Below, in pieces: positions 27,271 through 35,055 of a stretch of DNA of 64,000 nt. Both the position numbers and the translations under genes were made by a program. Source of the DNA: an uncultured Bacteroidales bacterium (GTDB taxonomy: Bacteria > Bacteroidota > Bacteroidia > Bacteroidales > GCA-2711565). Within the stretch, counting starts at the first letter, position 1; every line of letters begins with the position of its first letter. Location: the NCBI GenBank assembly GCA_942491855.1, contig CALOCL010000003.1, positions 39,497-103,496 of the forward strand, written 5' to 3'. The notes under the pieces are model-generated. The model saw only the letters and a list, made by a program, of their open reading frames with translations. It had not been told where the DNA came from and made no database searches.

Positions 27271-27763
27271 AAATTTTTATATGATTACATAGTATAACAA
27301 TGTATTTTAAAAAAATAACAATAATGAAAAAAACGATATTATTAACATTATTCTGTACAGCATGTTTTTTTGTAATGCACAAATAAACAAACAGATATTT
27401 GCTAAACCACTTGATAACATAAATGTTATCGTAATGAAATTAGATGGGAATACAATCATTGAAAGCACACAATCAAATAAAATTAATATACTCTCCTTTT
27501 AAATAAGAGTGGCAGTGTCTGGGGATGGCGAAAACCAATGAAAAGAAATCTATTTGAAATAAAAAGCAAAGAATCTAATGACACTCTATTTGTATCAACC
27601 CCATTCTTTTTTAATTATACAAGTATCGGAATAAATACTTATAAAGAAACGATAGAGAATATAATCCGAATTTCAAGTAATAAGAATATAATTATACAAG
27701 AAGTAGACAATTTGACCTTCAAAGGTGAATTTGCGATGTAAACTTACCCTTTATCGGACAACA

Positions 27764-28597
27764 CTAATATAGACATTTCTCGGTTATTTTATTGTTTTTT
27801 CTCAGGAAGTTAACTTCCTGAGAAAAAGTTTCTGCATACTTTTTCGGACTCATCTTATTAAGCGAACTATGTGGATGATAGTTGTTATAGTCCTCCATCC
27901 ATTGTTCAATAAGTATTTTAAGTTGGCTAATGTTATCAAAAAGATAGGCATCTAGTATATCTTCCCTAAACAGTCTGTTGAATCGTTCAATGTAAGCATT
28001 TTGAACTGGTTTTCCCGGTTGGATATACTTAATCTCGATTCCCTGGAACTCGCACCAGTTAGTAAATACCCTGGATATAAATTCAGGACCATTATCAACA
28101 CGGATACTTTTAGGCTTCCCTCTGAAAAATATTACTTCTTTCATGACACGGATCAGTTGTTCTGCTGGGAATGAAAAGCCTGGTTCTACGGCAAGGGCTT
28201 CCCGGTTATAATCATCAATAATATTCAAAATACGGATTCTTCTTCCATAAGATAATGCATCACTCATAAAATCAACAGACCATGTTTGATTGAGTGTAGT
28301 AGGTACAATTAGTGGTTCTTTTACTCTTGAAGGCAAGCGCCTTTTTCGTTTTCTACGGATATTTAACCCCATACTTCTATAAACCCTTAAGACACGCTTC
28401 CTGTTCCATTTTAAGCCTTCATTGCGTATGCGGTTGTAGTACTCATCAAAACCTCGTGTGGGGTGTTTCTCTGCCAGCTCATTAAGCCTGTCAATGACCG
28501 CTGTGTCATCCCGTTTGTTTTGATAGTACCACATGGAGCGATGTAAATCAACCACCAAGCACGCCCTGTTTACACTTATTTGATATTCTTCTTGCAA
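27764..28597 (-). CDS. IS3-family transposase OrfB (DDE/rve)
   Basis: 277 aa with WSVDFMSD (D), RVDNGPEF (D) and NAYIERFNRLFRED (E). The annotated start is TTG, so expression as an OrfAB fusion is expected. Confidence 0.9.
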   Translation of the reverse strand: MQEEYQISVNRACLVVDLHRSMWYYQNKRDDTAVIDRLNELAEKHPTRGFDEYYNRIRNEGLKWNRKRVLRVYRSMGLNIRRKRKRRLPSRVKEPLIVPTTLNQTWSVDFMSDALSYGRRIRILNIIDDYNREALAVEPGFSFPAEQLIRVMKEVIFFRGKPKSIRVDNGPEFISRVFTNWCEFQGIEIKYIQPGKPVQNAYIERFNRLFREDILDAYLFDNISQLKILIEQWMEDYNNYHPHSSLNKMSPKKYAETFSQEVNFLRKNNKITEKCLY

Positions 28598-28629
28598 ATA
28601 GCTTACCCGCTCTTTCTTTTCACAGGGCT

Positions 28630-28896
28630 TTAGAACTTTTTTCCAAGTACGTCTTTTAACATCTCGTGGTCAAGACTAAGATCTGCATACATCCGTTTTA
28701 AACGCCTGTTCTCTTCTTCCAGTTCCTTGAGCTTTTTTAATTGATGGCTATCCATCCCGGAATACTTTTTCTTCCAATTATAGAATGTAGCTCTTGATAT
28801 GCCATAGTCACGGCACAGATCTTTTACTTCTCTGCCAGCTTCATACTCCTTCAGTATCTTGATAATCTGGCTTTCACTAAATTTAATTCTTTTCAT
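28630..28896 (-). CDS. IS3-family transposase OrfA (HTH)
   Basis: 88 aa: MKRIKFSESQIIKILKEYEAGREVKDLCRDYGISRATFYNWKKKY plus the coiled-coil LKELEEENRRLKRMYADL. Confidence 0.9.
   Translation of the reverse strand: MKRIKFSESQIIKILKEYEAGREVKDLCRDYGISRATFYNWKKKYSGMDSHQLKKLKELEEENRRLKRMYADLSLDHEMLKDVLGKKF
28636..28642 (-). promoter_or_regulatory. Programmed -1 frameshift heptamer A-AAA-AAG
   Basis: Minus-strand sequence GGA AAA AAG TTC TAA at the end of orfA. The -1 frame reads GKKVLKPCEKKERVSYLQEEYQIS into orfB. Confidence 0.8.
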
Positions 28897-28943
28897 AATG
28901 ACAATTTAAAGTTAAACATTTTGTCTAATTTTAAACTGTCCGA

Positions 28944-29015
28944 TTTTTAGGGAAGGCTACATTTTTAGGGAAGGCTACATTTTTAGGGAAGGCTACATTT
29001 TTAGGGAAGGCTACA
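28944..29015. repeat. Four perfect head-to-tail copies of the 18-bp IS terminus TTTTTAGGGAAGGCTACA
   Basis: Units at 28944-28961, 28962-28979, 28980-28997 and 28998-29015, with no spacers. Confidence 0.95.
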
Positions 29016-29225
29016 GCGAAACTAAAAGTTAATAACTCCAGAAAAACAAACTACCAATCAATTAAAAAATCAGAAACAAAAATATTGAAATGTACAGCAA
29101 ATAAAAATTTAATAATTAATGGTGAGTTAAAGAAAAATGATTATGAATTTAGGGGATTGGGGATTAATTGTATCAGTTTAGATGCGAATAAAATCAAGAT
29201 AGATATACACTAAAATAAAAATATC

Positions 29226-31163
29226 ATGAATAAATATGTACAAAAATCAAAGACGAGATTTAACAATAAATCTAAATTAGTATTTATAATAAGTCTACTA
29301 TTAAATTTTTCTTTTACATTTTTAGTTCATCAAAAACCAATGGCTAACAAGCAAGAAGAAGCTAGTCAAATTGAAACTTTAGATGATTTAAAATTAGAAA
29401 TTGAAAAAATCTTAAGGAATACAAACACACCTGCTGTTGGTATTGCATTAATAGATGGGAACGGGTCTCAATGGATTGGAAGTATAGGGAAAGCAAATGT
29501 TGAAGATAATATTGATGCGGATGAAAATACAATGTATCGTATAGGTTCAACTTCAAAAATATTTGTCTCTTTGGCAATTCTTAAATTGCAACAGGAAGGG
29601 TTGATAAGCCTAAAAAACAAGGTAAAGGATCTAGTGCCAGAAATTGAATATGAAAACAAATGGGAAGCGAGCTCTCCTATTCTTGTCGAACATTTGCTTG
29701 AACACACTACTGGTTGGGATGATATTCACATAGCAGAATATGCGCATAACGATCCCAACCCAACTAGCTTAAAAGAGGCATTAGATTTCCACCCAGATTC
29801 AAGAATATCACGTTGGATACCCGGAACACGCATGTCTTATTGTAATTCTGGCCCATGCGTCGCAGCTTATATTGTTGAAAAAATAACGGGCGAAACTTTT
29901 GAAGACTATATTAAGCATAATTTTTTTCAACCCTTAGGGATGGAAGAAATGACATACTTTGCTTCAGATGCTGTTAGACAACATGGAGCAACACTCTATG
30001 CTAATGGGAAAGCTGAAAAATACTGGCACTATCTCTTACGTGCATCAGGCTCAATTAATGCTAGTCCAAAAGACATGGCTAAAATGCTTAATTTCTTTAT
30101 TAATAGAGGCCGTGTAAATGACTCACAGATCATAAGCGAAACTTCTTTAAAACGAATGGAAACACCCTCAACATCATTAGGAGCCAAAGCTGGTATGGAA
30201 AGTGGTTATGGATTAAATAATTATTCTTCTACTCATAAATCTTTCATTTTCAGAACGCATGGTGGTGGCGTTCAAGGAGGAAATACGTCCTTTTCCTACC
30301 TCCCGAAATATAATTCAGGTTATGTTATGATGCTCAATTCTGGTAATATTAGTGTTTACTATAAAATGAATAAACTTATACGCGATTACCTAACAAGAAA
30401 CTATTCTGCAAATGACATTACCCCAGATACAACTTTAACAAAAAAGCATGCACAAATTTCCGGATATTACCTACCCATAAACCCAAGATCGCAAATAACA
30501 TATTTTATAGAAAGAATTATAAATGCACAACACGTTTGGTATAAAAATGATAGTATTTTTAGGAAGAGCTTAATAGAAGGTCAAGTCTATAAATATCTTC
30601 CAGCAAAAGGTTGCCGATATAAAAGAGCTGAAAGTGGGCTAATTGACATGGTTCAAGCAGAAGATCCTTTAGCCGGTGATGTAATTCATGTCAACTGGGA
30701 AGTTCTAAAACAGGTTTCTCCCATACTAGTTTATGGTCAATTTATCTTAAGTGCATTATGGTTAATCATGATGTTATCAAGTATTATTTGGGGATTCTTT
30801 TGGTTGATACGTTTTTTGATAAACAAAAAAACTAAAAAACTTACTATTAAAGTGCAATTATGGCCACTTATTTCGAGTTGGTTCATAATGTTAGCAATAA
30901 TAGTTTTAATAAGTGTTATCGGAAATATCTCACTTTCATTTGAGCAGTTAGGTAACGTTAGTGTAATTTCTGTAAGTATTATGTTACTAACCATTGGCTT
31001 TGCACTGTCTTCCTTATGGTCAGTAATTCTCATTATAAAAAACCGGCAGCTCAAGTTAAATAGATATGTTTATTGGTATTCGGCTATTTTATCAAGTTTA
31101 CATTTAATTGTGAGCTGTTACTTAACTTGGCATGGTATCATAGGCATACAAACATGGGCCTAA
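29226..31163 (+). CDS. Beta-lactamase-fold serine hydrolase fused to a C-terminal 4-TM domain
   Basis: 645 aa. SxxK in IGSTSKIFVS and YCNSGP (YxN). The C-terminal ~150 aa form four hydrophobic helices. Confidence 0.85.
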   Translation: MNKYVQKSKTRFNNKSKLVFIISLLLNFSFTFLVHQKPMANKQEEASQIETLDDLKLEIEKILRNTNTPAVGIALIDGNGSQWIGSIGKANVEDNIDADENTMYRIGSTSKIFVSLAILKLQQEGLISLKNKVKDLVPEIEYENKWEASSPILVEHLLEHTTGWDDIHIAEYAHNDPNPTSLKEALDFHPDSRISRWIPGTRMSYCNSGPCVAAYIVEKITGETFEDYIKHNFFQPLGMEEMTYFASDAVRQHGATLYANGKAEKYWHYLLRASGSINASPKDMAKMLNFFINRGRVNDSQIISETSLKRMETPSTSLGAKAGMESGYGLNNYSSTHKSFIFRTHGGGVQGGNTSFSYLPKYNSGYVMMLNSGNISVYYKMNKLIRDYLTRNYSANDITPDTTLTKKHAQISGYYLPINPRSQITYFIERIINAQHVWYKNDSIFRKSLIEGQVYKYLPAKGCRYKRAESGLIDMVQAEDPLAGDVIHVNWEVLKQVSPILVYGQFILSALWLIMMLSSIIWGFFWLIRFLINKKTKKLTIKVQLWPLISSWFIMLAIIVLISVIGNISLSFEQLGNVSVISVSIMLLTIGFALSSLWSVILIIKNRQLKLNRYVYWYSAILSSLHLIVSCYLTWHGIIGIQTWA

Positions 31164-31237
31164 GTATGTATAATTTGTAAATATTGATTTTTTTATGAAA
31201 TGACAATAAATAATCTTTTTATGTAAAACAGTAAATC

Positions 31238-32039
31238 ATGAAAAATAATAACAAACACATTTTTGCTTTTTTATCAATCACAATAATTATTAGTGCAATC
31301 TTAAATTATTTCATTATAAAAAGTGGGGGTTTAAAAAGCGCAGGGGAAATACTGATAATATCTATCATGTGGACGCCAGGTATAGCAGCATTATTAACAC
31401 TAATAATTTTCAAACAATCACTAAAAAAAATATTATGGAAAATCGGCAAGCCAAAATATCTACTTCAAGCTTATTATATTCCTTTGATTTATATTTCGGC
31501 AGCCTATCTACCATTGTGGTTATTTGGTTATTACGATTCGAATAAACAACTTACAATTCAGAGCATTTTGATTCCATTATTTGGGGCATTCATAAATATT
31601 ATTGCAACTCTTGGGGAGGAGATCGGATGGAGAGGATTTTTGTTTCCAGAACTCGAAAAAAAAAATGAACTTTACAAAAGCTGCTATATTAACTGGATTT
31701 ATATGGGCAATTTGGCATATCCCTGGATTATTAATGACTGATTATGGAAATAATGCTCCATGGTACACAGCATTGCCTATCTTTATTATAATTTTAACAG
31801 CCATAAGCTTACCCATTGCATATCTATGTAAAAAAGCAAATAGTATATGGCCTGCAGTATTATTTCATGCTGCACATAATTCATTTATCCAAGCGTTTTA
31901 CGATCCTTTTTCAATAAAAAATGAGGTAACTCAATTCCTAATAGGAGAAACTGGATTAGCCTTATTAATCACATCGTTGATATTACTATTTACCTATATA
32001 AAAAAGAGTAAATGCTTTTTAAAAATAACTCTTCAATAA
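31238..32039 (+). pseudogene. CPBP family intramembrane glutamic endopeptidase (CAAX/Abi type), frame broken in an A10 run
   Basis: ORFs 31238..31741 and 31602..32039 overlap across A10 (31656-31665). The EExxxR motif GEEIGWRG is in the first ORF; FIWAIWH and FHAAHN motifs are in the second. Confidence 0.8.
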
Positions 32040-32189
32040 TATTTCATAAATTATTGGTTTCTATTAGAAAAATCAGGGGTATGGGATGTTTTTCAATTTC
32101 CATATTTAATTACTCAAAGGAATGAACTTGAAAATTGCATTTTAATATTACAGATGAACACTTTTACTCTTCATGGTAAGAAATACTAA

Positions 32190-33533
32190 TTAGTTTACAC
32201 CGAAAGTTAATACAAACAAAGCGCCTCTTCCGTTATTAGAATGCGCGGAAATACTTCCTCCCAGCATAATCATCACTTGTCGTGCTAAACTTAAACCAAT
32301 ACCTGAGCCTTCAGAGCGAGTAGTGAAAAATGGGATAAATATTTTATCTAACAACGCTTCATCAAACCCAATACCTGTATCTCGAACCTCAATCTGAATC
32401 CTATTGTTTAAGGTCAGGAAGGCTTTGACCGAGATTTTTTTCTCTTTACTTTCATTTAAAGCCCACACCGCGTTTTTAATTAAATTGATTAATACTTGTT
32501 CGATTTGTTCTCGGTCTGCATTTAACATCAAATTATTGGGCTCGATGCTACAGCTAAATTCGATTTTTGATTGTTCGAAAATTTCTTCAAATAAAATGGT
32601 GAGTTCATTCATCAAATCCTTTACCGGAACCTCAGTGATTTGAGGTAACGGAAGAATAGCAAGGTTTCTGTACTTTCTAACAAAATCCATCATCCCCTCA
32701 CCCCTGTTCTTAATCGTTGACAAACCTTTATCGAGTTTACTTTTCATTTTTGATTCGGAAACATCCTCTTTTTTAATCAAATCCGATAAGGAATTGGCCA
32801 AAGAAGTAATTGGTGACACTGAATTCATAATTTCATGAGTTAAAATCCGAATCATTTTCTGCCATGTTTCAGTTTCTTTTAAATCCAACTCAGGCTTAAT
32901 ATTTTGTAATGAAATCAGGTTTAATTCTTCGTCTGCAATTTTATACTTTGTAACACTTGCCGCCAATTGTAAGCTTTCTGTGGCTCTGTTTAACTCAAGT
33001 AACTGTTGCTGTCCGGGTAACAAATGTTTAAGAAATTTACTCAAATTTGGATGAAGATAATCGAGTGTGAAGATATTTTTCAATCGGGTTAAACCAAATA
33101 TTTTCAGGGCCTCTGAATTTATAAATCTTATTGAGCCTCTGGAGTCGAATGCAAAAATCCCAATTCCTACGTGCTCGATAACTGCTTTAAAATATTCGTC
33201 CTGTTCTTCACGTTTTAAAACAACTTCTTTAAAATGCCTTGACAGTTTATCCAGTTGCGCATTCAGTTCAGAAAACTCACCTGAGCCATTATCGGCTGTA
33301 AAAACCACATTGTAATCATCTGTTTTTACCGACTCGAAAAACAAAGAAAGTTTTCGATTAATTTTATTGATATAACGAAGCAGTAACGCAATTTGAGCAA
33401 CAGTGAGTAGGATTAAAAATAGTTGAACATAGAGCAGATTGGATTCATTAATTAATAGAAGAAAAGTAAAACCGGTGATAAATATTAGGATAATTCGGAA
33501 AACAACCCGGGCAAAAAAACGATTATAAACCAT
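32190..33533 (-). CDS. Sensor histidine kinase (NtrB-like partner of the sigma-54 activator)
   Basis: Two N-terminal TM segments and a PAS-like segment. H-box LTHEIMNSVSPI and ATPase boxes NLIKNAVWAL, DTGIGF, GSGIGLS. Overlaps the regulator gene by 11 nt. Confidence 0.9.
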   Translation of the reverse strand: MVYNRFFARVVFRIILIFITGFTFLLLINESNLLYVQLFLILLTVAQIALLLRYINKINRKLSLFFESVKTDDYNVVFTADNGSGEFSELNAQLDKLSRHFKEVVLKREEQDEYFKAVIEHVGIGIFAFDSRGSIRFINSEALKIFGLTRLKNIFTLDYLHPNLSKFLKHLLPGQQQLLELNRATESLQLAASVTKYKIADEELNLISLQNIKPELDLKETETWQKMIRILTHEIMNSVSPITSLANSLSDLIKKEDVSESKMKSKLDKGLSTIKNRGEGMMDFVRKYRNLAILPLPQITEVPVKDLMNELTILFEEIFEQSKIEFSCSIEPNNLMLNADREQIEQVLINLIKNAVWALNESKEKKISVKAFLTLNNRIQIEVRDTGIGFDEALLDKIFIPFFTTRSEGSGIGLSLARQVMIMLGGSISAHSNNGRGALFVLTFGVN

Positions 33534-34881
33534 ACTTTTTCATTTTATTGTAAATGGTTTGACGTGTGATACTCAATTCTCTCGCTGCCCTGATCATACT
33601 TCCGTTGTGTTTTTTAATAGCCGCTAAAATGGCCTGTTTTTCAATTTCTTCTAAACTTCCAGTGGGTAGCTGAGCAGATTGTTTGCCTTCAATATCTATA
33701 TCCTTATCAGTTAAAATGCCATCCTGATTCAGGATAACACATTTCTCAATTAAGTGTTCCAGTTCTCTGATATTACCAGGCCAATCATAGGTTTTTAATT
33801 TTTGAATAAAAGAAGGTGTCAGTTTCAATTTATCTCTTTTGTACTTAGCACTAAACTTCTCTAAAAAACTTTGAATTAAGGTTTCAATATCCTCAATTCG
33901 GTTTCTGAGTGCGGGAATTTCGATAGTGATGGTATTTATTCTGTAGAATAAATCTTCTCTGAATTCATTTTTACCAATTAACGCTTGTAAAGGCTGATTT
34001 GTGGCTGTAACCAGTCGAATATCTAAATTTTCAACCTGATTGGAACCCAATTGTGTAATTTTTTTTTCCTGTAACGCGGCAAGTAGTTTCATTTGTAAAT
34101 TCAGGGAGAGATTCCCTATTTCATCCAGAAACAAGGTTCCTCCCTTCGCAGTACTCATTCTACCCGGTTTATCTGTTTTAGCATCGGTAAATGCACCTTT
34201 CTTGTACCCGAACAATTCACTTTCAAACAAACTTTCGCTAAGCGATCCAAGATCGACTGTCACGAAGGCTTCATTTTTCCGATTTGATTGTAAGTGAAGT
34301 TCACGAGCTAGTAAGCTCTTACCTGTTCCGTTTTCGCCTGTTAATAGTACATTTGCATCTGTTGGGGCTACCTTTTTGATGGTCTCCAAAACCTTTTTAA
34401 AGGCAGGTGCTTTCCCAATTATTTCATCCTTTGAACGTGCAATTTCTTCCTCTAAATATTTTTTTTGCATTTTTAACTTAGAGGTGGTTTTTTGAGCCAG
34501 ACTAAGCTTGACTGCCGTCTTTAGTGTAGCAGTTAATTTATTATTATCCCAGGGTTTAAGTACGAAATCACTGGCACCTTCTTTCATTGCATTAACAGCA
34601 ACATGAACATCACCAAAGGCAGTAAACATGATTACTTCAATGCTTTCATCCAATTCTTTAATCTTTTTCAACCAAAATATTCCTTCATTGCCGGTGTTAA
34701 CCTTGGTCGAAAAATTCATATCCAAAAGTATTACATCAGGATGTTTTGATTGGATGACATTGGGTAATAGATTAGGATTATTGATAGTTAACAACTCATT
34801 GAACTCATCCTCCAACAAAACTTCTAATGCACTTAGTACATCTTTGTTATCATCTACAATTAGAACTACACCTGCGATCAT
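33523..34881 (-). CDS. Sigma-54-dependent Fis-family response regulator (NtrC-like)
   Basis: REC domain (LIVDDNKDV, DVILLDMNF), AAA+ domain GENGTGKS, GAFTDA (GAFTGA variant), ESELFGY, and a C-terminal HTH ARELSITRQTIYNKMKKYG. The first in-frame ATG is at 34881. Confidence 0.9.
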   Translation of the reverse strand: MIAGVVLIVDDNKDVLSALEVLLEDEFNELLTINNPNLLPNVIQSKHPDVILLDMNFSTKVNTGNEGIFWLKKIKELDESIEVIMFTAFGDVHVAVNAMKEGASDFVLKPWDNNKLTATLKTAVKLSLAQKTTSKLKMQKKYLEEEIARSKDEIIGKAPAFKKVLETIKKVAPTDANVLLTGENGTGKSLLARELHLQSNRKNEAFVTVDLGSLSESLFESELFGYKKGAFTDAKTDKPGRMSTAKGGTLFLDEIGNLSLNLQMKLLAALQEKKITQLGSNQVENLDIRLVTATNQPLQALIGKNEFREDLFYRINTITIEIPALRNRIEDIETLIQSFLEKFSAKYKRDKLKLTPSFIQKLKTYDWPGNIRELEHLIEKCVILNQDGILTDKDIDIEGKQSAQLPTGSLEEIEKQAILAAIKKHNGSMIRAARELSITRQTIYNKMKKYGL

Positions 34882-34925
34882 ATGATATGCAATTACATCC
34901 AAATGTAAATAAAATTGACAAACAA

Positions 34926-34944
34926 CTGTAAAATATTTTTACAG
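34926..34944. promoter_or_regulatory. Perfect palindrome CTGTAAAA-tat-TTTTACAG, candidate activator binding site (UAS)
   Basis: 8-bp arms, 65-83 nt upstream of the -24 element. A weaker TGTAAA-N5-TTGACA lies at 34907-34923. Confidence 0.35.
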
Positions 34945-35008
34945 TACTGAATAAAAAAAGAAGAGTAAAACTTGCTTTACAATCTAATATTCAGTGAATA
35001 GCAGATGA

Positions 35009-35024
35009 TGGCACATCATTTGAC
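35009..35024 (+). promoter_or_regulatory. Sigma-54-type -24/-12 promoter TGGCAC-N5-TTGAC
   Basis: TGGCACATCATTTGAC matches the TGGCAC-N5-TTGC consensus except for C to A at -12. It lies 31 nt upstream of ATG 35056, in the spacer shared with the divergent NtrC-like gene. Confidence 0.6.
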
Positions 35025-35055
35025 TATGGTTTAGTTCATTATTAAACCAAAAGTG

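Larger units (their letters stand above)
27737..29015 (-). mobile_element. Intact IS3-family insertion sequence (IS407-group-like) carrying a 4x tandem array of its outer 18 bp
   Basis: The ends TGTAAACTTACCCTTTATCGGACA (27737-) and the reverse complement TGTAGCCTTCCCTAAAAATCGGACAG are imperfect inverted repeats. A 4-bp direct repeat GCGA flanks the element (27733-27736, 29016-29019). orfA/orfB lie in 0/-1 frames with an A-AAA-AAG site. Confidence 0.9.
27324..29213 (+). pseudogene. Third gene of the PadR operon (exported protein, unknown family), broken by two homopolymer indels and split by the IS at 27737..29015
   Basis: MKKTILLTLFCTACFF stops after a T7 run (27365-27371). Frames change again at a T4 run (27497-27500). 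Removing 27737-29019 joins ...TFKGEFA to KLKVNNSRKTNYQSIKK...KIKIDIH* in frame (stop 29211-29213). Confidence 0.75.

Noticed and set aside
28944-29015. Regular 18-bp repeats considered as a possible mini CRISPR array
   Set aside because: The units are directly abutted with no spacers, and they are identical to the terminus of the adjacent IS. No cas genes are nearby.
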